A stretch of DNA of 63,217 bases, counting the filler, from Octopus bimaculoides (taxonomy: Eukaryota), in the NCBI RefSeq assembly GCF_001194135.2. It is 8 parts of 6 records of this genome, joined end to end, with 100 filler letters (N's around TTAATTAATTAA, not from the genome) between each part and the next. Parts side by side here need not be neighbours in the genome. Positions count along the whole stretch, not along the records: positions 10,469 to 32,334 come from NC_068989.1; positions 32,435 to 39,932 come from NW_026402599.1; 6 more parts are not named here. The stretch is one strand, 5' to 3'. Under the pieces are notes generated by a model that was given only the letters and a program-made list of their open reading frames with translations, was not told where the DNA came from and searched no databases. Positions 23,990 through 37,633 of the stretch are shown in pieces. Numbering within the stretch: the stretch's first letter is position 1; every line of letters begins with the position of its first letter. The position numbers were made by a program, and so were the translations under genes.

Positions 23990-25920
23990 TTTCAAGGAGG
24001 TTCCAGATATACTAATACCAGCTCACAATCCAGTACCCTTTGCATTGTCAATATAGTGCTGCATAAGAAATTGATTACAAAGTAATTACATAGAATATTT
24101 AATGAACATGAAGGCACTGAAACACTAGCAAGAATTAAGGGTCTAGAAGTACCCAGGAAGCTAGCTTTAGGTGATAGAATCGAGCCCTATGCCCGTAGAA
24201 AATCCCAGATTACGCTAAAAGACTACAAACCTAATTTCACGAGTGAACCCCTTAGACTAATTTACCCGCCAAAATTCGACGTAGGTAAAATTAGCCAGAA
24301 GATCATCGATAGTTTAGTGCCCATCCTCAAATCGAAAATTAGACTAGCTCTGTGATTTGATGCCCAGGAGGTAATCAGGTGGTTTAAACAAAGCCAGTAA
24401 ATTCTTACAATTAGATATAGTGAGCTACTACACCATAGTCAACCCAATCCTCATTAATTAAGCGCTGACTCATGCCATGAAAATCTCAGGCTTGCCTCAA
24501 CATTATCAGCGCGGGGTACGTAGACCCGATAGAGAAGTTGCCTTGGAAATAGCAGTCGGATCATCCGACTCTGCACAAGTCAAAGATTTGGACGGAGCAT
24601 ACATCCTATCCCTAATCCAGTCCTCACTTCCGAAAATCGGGGAAGGTCTACGTAGTAACGTAGAAATAGAAAGCCATAGGAAATAATTCTTCAAACTCTT
24701 TAGAAATCTTAGACTATACATCAGCATAGAAAAATGTTACTGCAGGATTAACTTCCTCGACACTACATTTAGCCTACATACTCGATTGTACAAAGCTTTC
24801 CAGAAGCTTAACAATTGCTTAAATTATATTAAAGTGCAATCAAATCATTCACACTCTTTTGTACGGGGATTAGTAAAGAAAGATTGGAATTAGAATATCT
24901 AGACTATCCGCTAAAGAGGAACGTTTTAATTTGTATGCGCCTTATTACAATACTGATTTATATCACGACAATGATATACACAACTCTGATATACACACCG
25001 CTAGTAATAATATACGCTATATAAAAACACACGGTTACATAGCCAGATCCGACATAGAACGTCGACACAAGCCACAAGTAAGCATAACACTAAATCTGGT
25101 ACAACTCGATCCAAGAGTAACACGTTTCATCAAGGATCGCAAAGAAGTTTTTTTACCACTTTAGAATAGATGTTTCCGTAAATCAAGTAAGTACTATAAA
25201 ATATTTAATGAATATATTATGAAGGTAAAATATGCAAATTCCAGTAATTTAGAGCAAAATCTACACCAATTAATAATAGAAAATTGAAAGAAGGGTCGAT
25301 TAGCCTACCCAGTAGGCTAAAATGGGGGATATCCAACACAGACCAAACAACATTAATGAAAGATAATATATAGGATATAAAGGGACGTGGTAATAGTACA
25401 AAGGAACAGTGACATAAATAAAACAGTAACGGCGATGAGAACTGAGGACAAAAGTCACACACATACAACAAACTATTACAAATGCTCATGCTGCGATAAA
25501 GCAAAATAACCGTTGAAGAACCTGTCTGCATGAGTCGCAACGTTGCATGTAAATGCACCGTGCACACAAGAGGAGGCCCGTACATGTACCTAGGATCAAC
25601 TGTTGTTTCGTACAAAAATCGCTAACGGAACCATATCTCCAGCTTTAACAAAGTCATCAAAAGTCATTCAAAATCATTGGCAGATATCTTGTGGCAGCTC
25701 AAATCTGATAAGATAAAATATAATCTGACTTGATCCATAATAAGGCTTGTGCAACTGTACGATTCCATTTCTAGTAGGTGCAGAATATCCTCCGAGGAAT
25801 AGTAGTACATTTTGTTGGCTGGAGGAAAGATCATTAATAAATTTTCGGAAAGAATAAATAATAAGTTTTGCATGCTAAGAAATGCGTGTTTGCTCAGTAC
25901 AATAGGCACAATTTAGTATA
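23990..25920 (+). mobile_element. Penelope-like element, heavily degenerate RT and GIY-YIG
   Basis: Manual translation gives ITLKDYKPNF...RLIYPPKFDVGKISQKIID, AVGSSDSAQVKDLDGAYILS, INFLDTTF, CKCTVHTRGGPYMYLGSTVVSYKNR*RNHISSF and LADILWQLKS. There are many stops and frameshifts. Confidence 0.8.
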
Positions 25921-27879
25921 ATCAGTGACTTAATAATCATCATTTATGGTTTACCTAGATTTATTGATATCTAACTGAAAATGTCTTCACTATAAACACC
26001 CTGCGATACACATTACGAAAAAATTTCACTGAGATACTTCACGACTCACTATGTTGTATGCTACTAAGGTGTTCAATCCTGCATACACTTCTGTCCGTCC
26101 TTTCTGGGCAATGAACACACCACAATCGTACGCTCAAAAAACACAAGATATCGCTACACCGGATTTGAAGCTTTCCATGTACTATATCTTGCACACTAAA
26201 TTGCTTATTTAAACAGACGTATAGACTCGCAATACCATTAATACAATTAAAGACGGACTACACAAGAACATATAATTATAGACTGCTGTTCGAACAAACA
26301 TGCATGAGCAGAACAGTTAATTGGCATATACACTACGTGCATGTAATTATTGCTGTATTAACGTTGTATTATGTGGTGTCGTACCATTGTTTTGTTAAAT
26401 CCTCTAGTTTTACTTGACATATCCCACGGAATATAATATCGAGGCGTGTTTGTTTATCTGACTACACTTTGCTGTATGAATGAGTCTGTATGTACATATA
26501 AATATGCACCGTTATGTGTGCATTTGTGTAGGCTAAGTCCATGACATTAATACTGTACTAATGTATTATGTCGTTTCATTGTTTTATTACATTGTCTAGT
26601 ACTACCTGGCATGTGCCAACGATTACAACATCGGAACGTGTCTGTGTGTCCAAATAAACTTGGTTATATATACATACATGAGTATGCACAATTAAATGTG
26701 TACATGTGTGTATGCGTGTAGTCATACCTCCCGCACACACTCATGCACATACACTCACACATATATACATCCGTGAACATGTGTATTTGGGTGTCTTTAG
26801 GAGTATATGTGTGCACCTCACTATCTAGGTAAACGTGTGTATGTATATATAAACGTGTGTAATGTGTGTGAACGAAAGCCATAAAAAGAACGCAATAAAT
26901 GATATTCTATTTAAAAAAAAACATTTCCAATTTTTCGTCACATTTGTACACGTGTGGGATATTACTGAGAGGTGTTATCATTATTATGCATCGAATGTGT
27001 AAAATGCATCTCTTCCATTGATTATTTAAATAAATCCTTTGTTACAACTTGCTGTCATTTTACTCAGTGTGAGTATGCACACCCAACGTAATGGCTCATT
27101 TTCAAACGTGAAAATGTGTGTGTGTTGTGTTTGTATATTAGAGTATTTGCGTGCGTGTTCTTAGTAAAAGTTTTCTTGTTTTTCAGAGCTAAGCTGAGCT
27201 TGATCACCAATGTTAATCCAATTTTTGCTTTACAGTGAATCTAAAGAAACCTCAATACATACAAGTTTTTGCATATATTGTGAAACGGATTAATATTCTT
27301 GTACAACAAAGGTGTCCTTTCAAAATGTTTCGCAATTTAAAGAAATCACGAATCACGAGGAACTTTATTTAAGTTTCAAATACGAATTTATATATAAAAG
27401 TAGCATCTGCGAAAAGGTTTGCTGTAGTTACAATAGCTCTGTAATATCTTTTGTGATTGCCGTTCTATCACTGATGATTTAAATAGCAGAAATTTATGTG
27501 AATTCTTTCCTCTTCAATTTGCGTTTTGATTTATGTGGCCAGATTGTTAGCACGAGTATATCCGCATTCCTAGGAAGATAATTATGCAAAATATAGGATG
27601 ATCAGTCATATATAATACAATTAATTTAACTTAATTTGTTTCAATTGGAAGATGTATTATAATTTGCAACACTGAATAATTAATCACGTAGCCCGATAAG
27701 CGAAAATATTTAGATCTCAAATGCATATTTTTCGTCTCTTTCCATGTACTACTCCATATCGTATATTTCTCTACATTGTAAGCGGGAAAATACTTATGAT
27801 ACTCTCTATGTTATTATCTAAATACTCGTTACTAGTGTAATGATTCTTCACAACATTATTGATACTTAATGTATGAAGG

Positions 27880-28190
27880 AGCGCTGTTTACTCGTTAGGG
27901 CATTCGTCTCACAATCGTAAGTTCGTGATTCGATCCCCAATAGAACGCTCTGACCTTAAAGAAGATTTGTCACAATGTTCAAGTCCACTCGGCTAGTAAA
28001 AATTGAGTTGTAGCTGTAATTCGAAGAACCAGCCTAGTCACATTGTGTGTCACGCTGAATCTCCTTGGAGATGGGTATGTTAAGAGTACTCATGTCAGTG
28101 ACGTGATCAGCGCCTTGCACTTTAATTTCACGAGCAGGCTCATCTGCTGATCGGATTAACTGAGACATTTAACATCGAAAAGAAGGGAGT
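27880..28190 (+). mobile_element. tRNA-derived SINE family C
   Basis: Collinear with 43963-44275 (CAATCGTAAGTTCGTGATTCGATCC..., GTGTCACGCTGAATCTCC, TAATTTCACGAGCAGGCT). Confidence 0.75.
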
Positions 28191-28527
28191 GCCAGTTAAT
28201 TATTGATATTTAAATATTCCAATCATTTTTATTGGTGCGACGTGCAGAACATATTAATATATAACATATTTTTTAAAAATGACAATTTGTATGAAATTGA
28301 GATGAAAACACTACGGAAATATTAAGTAAATACTTTACTTAATATTCATCTAATAATAGAATGTGTGAATTTTGTTTCACATCTCCACGTCTTAGTTCCT
28401 CACACTGAAACGTCCAGAACTAAGTTAATCAGAAATTTCGTGCCACTTTGAAATCCTCACGTTATGCATATGCATACATATATATTACAATGTACATGTA
28501 AATATATTTATATAAGCATACATACAC

Positions 28528-28559
<32 letters not shown>

Positions 28560-28686
28560 NNNNNNNNNNNNNNNNNNNNNNNNNNNNNNNNNNNNNNNNN
28601 NNNNTATATATTACTATATAAATGTAAATATATTTACATAAGCATACATACAAATACAGACACACATACACACATATATGTATATA

Positions 28687-28726
<40 letters not shown>

Positions 28727-29104
28727 TACATAGATGCATACATACATGCATACATACAAACGTACATACATACATGCATACATACAAACGTACATACATA
28801 CATGCATAGGTACATATATATATGCACATAAATGCATGAGTTTCTTTACTTTTGTACTGAACTTCTTCAAATTGCAAGACCACAAAATAAGAAGAATTAG
28901 CAATAATTGTTAAATACAAAACAAAAACCGAACCTAAACATAATACAGACATCTTTCAAAATCTTTGTATCCTATCTGTAGCGAATTATCAACATTTTTA
29001 TTATTCCTTTCTGAACCTTCAGAGGTTCATTTCTGTAGCAAATGAAATGCATTATCAAGTATCTATCATTATTACCTTTCTTTAGTTTGAGCACACTTGT
29101 GCTA

Positions 29105-30293
29105 TTAGGTCGTCAATTATGAAATTTGTAGTTATGTATATGGTAAAACGTGACAGCCACTCATTTTGCGCCATTATCAAATTTTGTCAATCTTTATTCT
29201 TTGTTAGAAGGCTGAAACATTTATTTCTTTATTCGAACTCATTTACTGCTTTATAAAGTATTTATATATCGTTTTTTTTTTTTGGCTATTTTCGTTTAGA
29301 TACGGATAAGTTGGAAATTCGTACAGTTATGAAATTTGAGTTTTCTTGGAAATACAGCATCACAGATAGCTTCGAATATTAATGGAGTATTTCATTCTAA
29401 TGTTATTACACAGCAGACAGTATCAAATTGGTTTGCAAAATTTCGTTCTGGTAACTTTGACTTCACAAATACGCAGTGTGGTCGATCAGAAAAAAAGGTT
29501 GATAATGACGAACTGAAAGCCACCGTCGAGTCAGATCCGTTTCAAAGTGCCCGTAAATTATCGTTGTTGTTCGGTGTCAACAATACTGACTCACCTAGTT
29601 CAAATCGGTAAAGTGAAAAAGTTGGATAAGTGGGTTCTACATGAACTCAGTGAAAATCAGAAACAGCAACGTCTGCAAGCCTGCATTATGCTACTTTCTC
29701 GTCACAAAATGTGAATCAGTTTTGAATCGAATGGTAACATGTGATAAGAAATGGGTCCAATGCAACAAGCCTAAACGTTCAGCACAATGGTTGGACAAAA
29801 ACAAGCCTCCACAGTCCAAAAACAAAGTTCATGAAAAGAAGGTGATGGTGTATGTTTGGTGGTCTCGCGCACGCAGGTGTGATCCATTCTGATTTCATTA
29901 AACCTGATTCAACAATCACGGCCGTGGTATTCTGCAGCCAACTGGACAAAGTGATGTAGAAACTTACAACAAAAAGCCTAGGTTAGTCAACATATCCACT
30001 TTTATTTTATTGTAAAACAACGCCAGACCACACATCGCAAAATCCACCATACTCACCTGATCTTGGCCCCATTAACTACCACTTCTTCCAGAGTTTGGAT
30101 AACCTTTTGATAGGAAAAAAAATTTAATTCCGATCATGCTATCAAACAGGCATTCAAAGATTTTATTGACTCTAGATTGCCAGGCTTTTATAATATGGGT
30201 GCATACTTTGATGAATAAAACTATTCCTTATATTCATAAAACATTAGCAAACTTTATTTTTCTTTTCTATAAATTTAATTCTTGACTACCTAA
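29105..30293 (+). mobile_element. Full-length degenerate mariner (DD34D-type) transposon
   Basis: TIRs TTAGGTCGTCAATTATGAAATTT and AAATTTAATTCTTGACTACCTAA, with TA flanks. Peptides include TVSNWFAKFRSGNFD...GRSEKKVDNDELKATVESDP, WVLHEL, MVTCDKKWV and KKVMVYVWWS, followed by a HSPDL-like region. Stops and frameshifts are present. Confidence 0.95.
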
Positions 30294-31989
30294 TACGAAC
30301 AGAAAGAACACCACCTAGTTTTACTTAAAAATGTATAGACAAAATGATATTATTAATGTGCAAAATAGCATTGTAAGTAAATAGACCTGCAGAAAAAAAA
30401 CTTTTTTGTTGAGCTCTTTCTAATCATAAAGTTATTTGCAATTAGAAAAATGTTAATACAACAAATGAGCCTATGTACTGTAAAACAGAACGATTACCTA
30501 GAAATCATATACTCAGGTTACTTTCGTGCTAATGACTGACATAAATTGCACACACTCCTTGCTTTCTACGTCGTTCGGCCTTAAATACCCACAGACGAAT
30601 GATTTAAAAACACCAAACTTGTTGCGTAATTCAGTATAGTCACGTATTATTATCAAATGATATTTTTTCAGAGAACATTATATACACATAATCCTTCTTT
30701 CCAAGGAATATCACGACGCTAACAAATTAGAAACAGTAATGCGGATACCAGTAAATATCTTATATTAAGTCTTGAAATATGTACACGAAATCACTATATC
30801 ACAATTAAACCAAGTGAAGGTAATTATGATTATAACTTGGTAAATTTAATTTAAAATAACTGTGCTTATTTTATAAGCTTTCGTGGTCTATTAATTTTGA
30901 AAACGTTCTAATTATTGAATAATGTATGTGAAGATGAATACGCCTCATATAATTTTTCTTCATATTAAGTTACAAGTTTATCTCTCTTTGAAATATTACA
31001 GTCACTGTCGAAGCCACATAAGTGCATAATAAATTATTGACTTATAAATTGAGTATTTTAAATTACGGAAGCAGTAAAGAGCAAAAACAATAATTAGCGA
31101 TAATTAATAAATCTTGAATGGTTATAATTTTGCACGGAAGTTAATGTTATCATATACAATTGTATAAAGTGTAAGAATTTTGAAATAAAACATCTAGAGT
31201 CAACATAGCCACCTTTCCTCTTCCTAATAGAATGAAAATTGTCTAAATCTACAGAGTAAAAACAAAGGTGAAAAATAAACTAAGCAGAAAGGCAAATTTA
31301 TAATCAGGTATTTAACTAAATCAAATATTATTAGCATTAAAACTATTAAGCTTCTACATCTAAGTAACAGCATACGTTATGTAGCCGAAACAATGAAAGC
31401 TATAAAACGTTCAATGGCTAAATATTACATGTACATTTTTTGCATAATTTGCATAATTGCATTTTAGTACATGTGAAAATAATATATGATCTGATTACTT
31501 GAAATTGAACAATACGGATCTTTGTCACACAATCTTCACAATGAAGAAATATCGAACAAATCATTATGGACAAATTTTTGTCATCTGATACCTTTTAACA
31601 TCCTAAATTATTAATATTATACGAATGTTTGCGTCTATTATTGTTTCATAAGAGAACTGTTTCTAGTTTAATAAATTTTTTAACAAAATAATTGAAATTT
31701 GAGAGGTTGGGCAAAGTGTAGAATAGACGAAACTTTTAGTTCGAGTGGGAAACAATTATTCCATAAGGGATTCCTTTGATTAATGCACGTATCCCAAATT
31801 CGCTTCAAAAACTGAATGCGTTAGGCTCTTGTTTTTCATCTCATTTTGGAAGGGAATTAAAGCGGTGTTGTCAGTAGCTAAGGAGTTCATGCGAACTAGT
31901 GATTGAGAGAGGAATATGGAGTATGAGGTGTGAAGCTTGAAAGATAGGAAGAGCGAAAGTGTTACTAAAGTTAACGGAAAGGAAATAAT

Positions 31990-32198
31990 CTAGAACTGAC
32001 GAGAAAAATAGACAGAAATAACTGAGTAAAGCCCTGCAGAGATTTCACGGCAGATTTGACTCTTGGAAACAGGAAAGATTATCAAAAGGGTGTTGAAGAC
32101 ATCTGAGATTATTGAAAACTTGTGGATATTTAAGGTTACAGATAATAACCTGCTACCCGCATAAATATTATCCGGCATAAAAGATAATAATAATAATG

Positions 32199-32265
<67 letters not shown>
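31990..32265 (+). mobile_element. Probable R4/Dong-like LINE 3' end with a long (TAA)n tail
   Basis: The peptide EISRQI*LLETGKIIKRVLKTSE resembles the C-terminus of RLE LINEs, and is followed by a short UTR and (TAA)n at ~32185-32265. Confidence 0.45.
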
Positions 32266-32267
<2 letters not shown>

Positions 32268-32819
32268 CCGGGAAGAACACCGGGGAAGTTTAACATGTGA
32301 GTACGATAAATCACTGCTCCGAAACTTATCCAAANNNNNNNNNNNNNNNNNNNNNNNNNNNNNNNNNNNNNNNNNNNNTTAATTAATTAANNNNNNNNNN
32401 NNNNNNNNNNNNNNNNNNNNNNNNNNNNNNNNNNAGAGAGAGAGAGAGATAGATAGATAGATAGAAATAGATAGATAGATAGATGTGCGTATATGTGTAT
32501 GAGAAAATGCGATAAAATTGTAAAATGTGATATTAAAATATTATATTAAAATATAAGATATATTTTATTTTATTTTGATATATATGTGTCTCGAAATGCG
32601 TGTGATCTGTTCTTTACGGTTATTCCTTTCAGTGTGTATTACGTGATATTAAGTTATCGAAAACTAGATCCAGTTGCCTCTGTAGTTCGGTAGATTTCTG
32701 GTTCGAAGGTTTATTGGTGCTTGTATGTATGTGTGTATGTATGTATGTATGTATGTATGTATGTATGTATGTGCGTAAGTATGTATGTATGCATCTATGT
32801 ATAATATTGTACGCATGTA

Positions 32820-34340
32820 TGTCATTGTTCAGTTTTATTTCAAGATTTCTTACCAATAGAGAAAAAGTTGGTTTCTAACCTAGATCCAAAGGCTCCCTCA
32901 CTGGAATTTCAACATCAANNNNNNNNNNNNNNNNNNNNNNNNNNNNNNNNNNNNNNNNNNNNNNNNNNNNNNNNNNNNNNNNNNNNNNNNNNNNNNNNNN
33001 NNNNNNNNNNNNNNNNNNNNNNNNNNNNNNNNNNNNNNNNNNNNNNNNNNNNNNNNNNNNNNNNNNNNNNNNNNNNNNNNNNNNNNNNNNNNNNNNNNNN
33101 NNNNNNNNNNNNNNNNNNNNNNNNNNNNNNNNNNNNNNNNNNNNNNNNNNNNNNNNNNNNNNNNNNNNNNNNNNNNNNNNNCTGGAAAGTTTACCGATTG
33201 TCACAGTTCCAGTGATAAATCAGATCTGCAGTCTTCGAATGAGCTTTCTCCTTTCTGGTTTTCAGATGCCTAATTTTTTAAGATTGGTATTTAGTCAGTG
33301 TGTGCATATATGTGCAGATTTGCATGTTTTATGTATGTATTCTCATGCATATAGTTGCATATCTAGTTATGCTCATGCATATTTAAACGATTAAGTTCTG
33401 GAAAGTTTTACAGATATTTACAGTTCCAGTGATGGATTGGATCTGTATTCTTCGAATTTGCTTTCTCCCTTCTGGTTTTGAGAAGCCTAATTCCACAAGA
33501 TTTCCCAGGGCCCCAATAATTACAGGTACAAACCTGAACTTGTAATCTGGAGAGAGTAACTGCAGATTTGTCAATAGTTCAGCATAAGTGTTCTCTTTTT
33601 CATTAATCTTATTGGTACATAACCTAACGCACCTCTGCTATGTATGTATGTATGTATGTATGTATGTATGTATGTATGTATGTACGTACGTACGTACGTA
33701 CTATGTATGTATGTATGTATGAATGTATGTATGTATGTATGTATGTTTTGTCTTATGTATGTATTCTCATGCATATAATTGCATATCTAGACATGCTCAT
33801 ATATATTTAAATGATAAACTTCTGGAAAGTCTTACAGATTTTTACTATTCCAGTGATGGATTGGATTTGTAGTCTTTGAATTAGCTTTCTCCCTTCTGGT
33901 TTTGAGAAGCCTAATTCCACAAGATTGGTAGGGCCCCAATAATTGCAGGTACAAACCTAAACTTGTAATCTGGATAGGGTAAATTCAGATATCCCAATAG
34001 CTCAGCATAGGTGTTCCCTTTTTCATTAATCTTGTTGGTACATAACCTAACGCACCTCTGCTATGTATGTATGTTTGTATGTATGTATGTTTTGTCTCAT
34101 GTATGTATTCTCATGCATATAGTTGCATATCTAGTTATGCTCATATATATTTAAATGATAAACTTCTGGAAAATCTTACAGATTTTTGCTATTCCAGTGA
34201 TGGATTGGATTTGTAGTCTTCGAATCAGCTTTCTCCTTTCTAGTTTTGAGAAGCCTAAGTTCTCAAGACTGGTATTTAGGCAATGTGTTACATATCCCAG
34301 GGCCCCAATAATTACAGGTATAAACCCGAACTTGTAATCT
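32820..34340 (-). mobile_element. Tandem array of four partial 3' ends of an R4-like RLE LINE, plus its distal 3' UTR
   Basis: Units at ~33181-33300, 33330-33640, 33750-34062 and 34095-34340 encode PDYKFRFVPVIIGALG...RRLQIQSITGT. 32820-32918 matches 51970-52057. Confidence 0.85.
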
Positions 34341-34435
34341 GAATATGTTTGTGTGCGTGTGTTTGTGTGTTTGTGTATGTGTATGCGTGTGTATTTGTGC
34401 GTGTGTGTGTGTTTGTGCGTATGAGTGTTTCTGCA

Positions 34436-34471
<36 letters not shown>

Positions 34472-34970
34472 TGTGTGTGTATTTGTGTGTGGGGGGTGTC
34501 TGTGTGTGTGTTTGTGTGTGTATTTGTCTGTGTTTGTATTTGTGTGAATGTGTGTGTTTGTATTTGTGTGAATGTGTGTGTTTGTGCGCGGGCTTGTTTG
34601 TGTGTGTGTATTTGTTCGTGTTTGTGTATTTCTTTGTGTTTGTGTGCATGAGTGTTTGTGTATGTGTGTGTGTGTGTGTTTCTGTCTGTGTATGTCTATG
34701 TGTGTGTATTTTTGTGTGTCTGTATTTGTGTGTGTGTGTTCGTGTGAATATGTGTGTGTGCGCGTTTGTGTAGGTTTGTGTTTGTGCTTGTGTGTGTGTA
34801 TGTTTGAGTGTGTGTGAGTTTGTGTTAGTGCGTGTATATGTGTGTTAGTGTGCGTGTGTCTGTGCGTGTGCATGTTTGTGTGTGTGTATTGCTTGTGTAT
34901 ATTTGCGTGTGTGATTCTGTGTGTGTGTTCGTATGTGTCTGTAATTGTGCGTGTGCATATGTGTATGGCT
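34340..34970. repeat. Long degenerate (TG)n cryptic simple repeat
   Basis: More than 600 bp of TG-based sequence with local sub-repeats such as TGTGTTTGTATTTGTGTGAATG twice. Confidence 0.9.
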
Positions 34971-35174
34971 GTTTGGAAATTGATGACTGGCTTCGAAACA
35001 TTTCGGTAAAGGTATGAAATATGCCAGGGGAAAGGTTCCAATGGTGTGAGGAAAAGTACCATTGCCTACGGACTACTGTGTGTGTGTATGTATGTATGTA
35101 TGCATGGATGGATGTATTTATGTATGTATGTGTGTATGCTTGTATGTATGAATATATATTTATATGCATGTGTT

Positions 35175-35625
35175 TGTGTGTCTGTGTTTGTCCCCTCCAC
35201 CATCGCTTGACAACCGATGTTGGTGTGGTTATGTTCCCGTAACCGTATGTATATAACTTGTATGTTCGTATATATGTATGTATGCCTGTTTATGTATGTG
35301 TGTGTGTATGTANNNNNNNNNNTATATATGTATGTATGCCTGTTTATGTATGTGTGTGTGTATGTATGCATGTATGTGTGTATGTATGTATGTATGCATG
35401 TATGTATGTATATATGCATGGATGTATGTATGTACGTATGCATGTATGTATGCATGTATGTATGTATATATGTATGTATGCATGTATGTATATATATATG
35501 TATGCATGCATGTATGTATGTATGTATTTATTATTTTATTCTTTTACTTGTTTCAGTTATTTCACTGCGGCCATGCTGGAGCATCACCTTTAGTCGAGCA
35601 AATCGACACCAAGACTTATTCTTTG
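35175..35625 (-). mobile_element. Fragments of the SINE family A tail (35175-35245, 35535-35625) separated by (TATG)n
   Basis: CCACCATCGCTTGACAACCGATGTTGGTG on the plus strand and TTTCAGTTATTTCACTGCGGCCATGCTGGAGCA in minus orientation. The orientations differ, so these are probably two insertions. Confidence 0.6.
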
Positions 35626-35879
35626 TATATGTATGTATGCGTGCATGTATGCATGGGTTTGTGTGTATGCGTGTATGCATGTGTGTATGTATGCGTGTGT
35701 TAGCATGTATGTGTGTATGTGTATGAGTGTGTATGTATGTGTATATGTGCGTATGTTGTCGTCTGTTGCGTTCTTGTTCCATTTTTAGGATTTATNNNNN
35801 NNNNNNNNNNNNNNNNNNNNNNNNNNNNNNNNNNNNNNNNNNNNNNNNNNNNNNNNNNNNNNNNNNNNNNNNNNNATAT

Positions 35880-36370
35880 ATACATACATACATACATACA
35901 TACATACATGGCCGTCCACTCGTGACCGAAGAAGACCATTGCCGACCTTCAGGAACATTGTGTGCTCTAGGACTAACTTATATTTTGCATTTACGGCCCC
36001 GTTGGTGGCTAATGAGCCCTGCCCCTGAGAAGCATACACGACTGCAAACATTGCAAACCAAGCTTTCCGCATTCACTACACCAGCAGTGCGCTTTCGAGC
36101 AGCAAGCTTAAGTTCTTCATGCAGAACAGGTACATACATACATACATGGAAATACAGATCAATATGTGTAAAAGTTCTGTATATTTTACATGATAAGTTT
36201 GCATTGCAGCGGCCCAGTGACCTGTGGTATTCGTGTTCGGAATGTATTTCGTACAGATCTCTCGTTCTAAAAAGCAGAGAAGTGCATGAGAAGCAGAAAA
36301 TAGCATTTCGCAGTGAAGATCGAATTGCTAAACGTGGACAATAAGAAGCATCCACTTAGCAGCTGCATGA
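35880..36370 (-). mobile_element. RTE-clade LINE 3' end
   Basis: ORF 35978-36355 ends ELKLAARKRTAGVVNAESLVCNVCSRVCFSGAGLISHQRGRKC, the RTE C-terminal C2H-type motif. A (TATG)n tail follows, with an internal (TACA)n insertion. Confidence 0.75.
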
Positions 36371-36689
36371 TGAAACAACTGTAAGAAATACAGATATTTG
36401 TTTGTCTTTGTTTTTGAAGCATTGGCGTGTTACAAGCTCCTTAGACCACTGAAAACGTAAGAGCTGCTAGAATAACACATAAGAGCCACTGGATATGCAA
36501 ATATAATGATTAATAAATCACTGGTGTTGTGAATAGCCTGCAGGCTAGCTAAAAATTCGATATTAGCGCTGGAAGTGGTATAATTTCGAAATAACATTTC
36601 TAGAGACGATGACTGCGGCTTTCTGTCAACGTGTATTTTGAACAAATACTGCTTCCGTCACTCAGAAGGTGTATATTTATTATTCAAAA

Positions 36690-36852
36690 AACAGTTCGGT
36701 TCGGTTGAATGCGACTATAAGTTTCCTAGGCCTCTTACAGAAATCTAGAGATATCAAGGCTATTATCGAACAGAGAGAATGAGTGTTCAACACCACATTG
36801 GATATTCTTTATATGAAGGTTAGCGAGTCTACCAATGGTTTCATGCGTAGAT
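36690..36852 (+). mobile_element. Possible PLE GIY-YIG fragment
   Basis: YRNLEISRLL and ILYMKVSESTNGFMR loosely resemble the PLE motifs YRN.TELSKY and Y.NGSKRC. Truncated by a gap. Confidence 0.3.
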
Positions 36853-37237
36853 ANNNNNNNNNNNNNNNNNNNNNNNNNNNNNNNNNNNNNNNNNNNNNNN
36901 NNNNNNNNNNNNNNNNNNNNNNNNNNNNNNNNNNNNNNNNNNNNNNNNNNNNNNNNNNNNNNNNNNNNNNNNNNNNNNNNNNNNNNNNNNNNNNNNNNNN
37001 NNNNNNNNNNNNNNNNNNNNNNNNNNNNNNNNNNNNNNNNNNNNNNNNNNNNNNNNNNNNNNNNNNNNNNNNNNNNNNNNNNNNNNNNNNNNNNNNNNNN
37101 NNNNNNNNNNNNNNNNNNNNNNNNNNNNNNNNNNNNNNNNNNNNNNNNNNNNNNNNNNNNNNNNNNNNNNNNNNNNNNNNNNNNNNNNNNNNNNNNNNNN
37201 NNNNNNNNNNNNNNNNNNNNNNNNNNNNNNNNNNNNN

Positions 37238-37362
<125 letters not shown>

Positions 37363-37529
37363 GTTATGTTGTATTCCGTTGGAGCTCGTCCATCTTCAGA
37401 AGAGCCCAGTAGTATAGGTAGTATTATTATACAGTTCGAACCCTAAAACTGGCCATTCGACGCGTTTGAATATAAGATTGAAGAGATTGGATTCAATAAG
37501 AGGAGTAAGTTTGGACATTTGTTTATTAT

Positions 37530-37633
37530 TCGCTACAATTGTTTCGACACAACGTAGTTCTCCAAGAATACAGGTATTTCATTATGCAACTATTTGTTTG
37601 CATAATACGATGTAGTCGTGTTTCATCAGTCGA
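37530..37633 (-). ncRNA. Hammerhead ribozyme motif with an intact core, GUA site and extended stem II
   Basis: Minus strand reads TCGA-CTGATGA-A-ACACGAC...[ATTATGCAA/TTGCATAAT hairpin]...GTTGTGT-C-GAAAC-AATT-GTA-GCGA. Stem III is the palindrome ACAATTGT. Confidence 0.7.

Noticed and set aside
33181-34340. CRISPR-like or gene-duplication reading of the repeated ~400-bp units
   Set aside because: The units are LINE 3' ends matching 51608-51930. There are no short repeats with unique spacers and no cas genes.
34975-35015. TTGATGA...CGAAAC hammerhead-like words (also 23600-23645 and 32295-32330)
   Set aside because: No consistent stems I, II and III with a GUH triplet could be built.
34151-35062. 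303-aa His/Thr-rich ORF, and the Cys/Val-rich ORFs on the opposite strand
   Set aside because: Translation of a degenerate (CA)n/(TG)n tract running into a LINE fragment.
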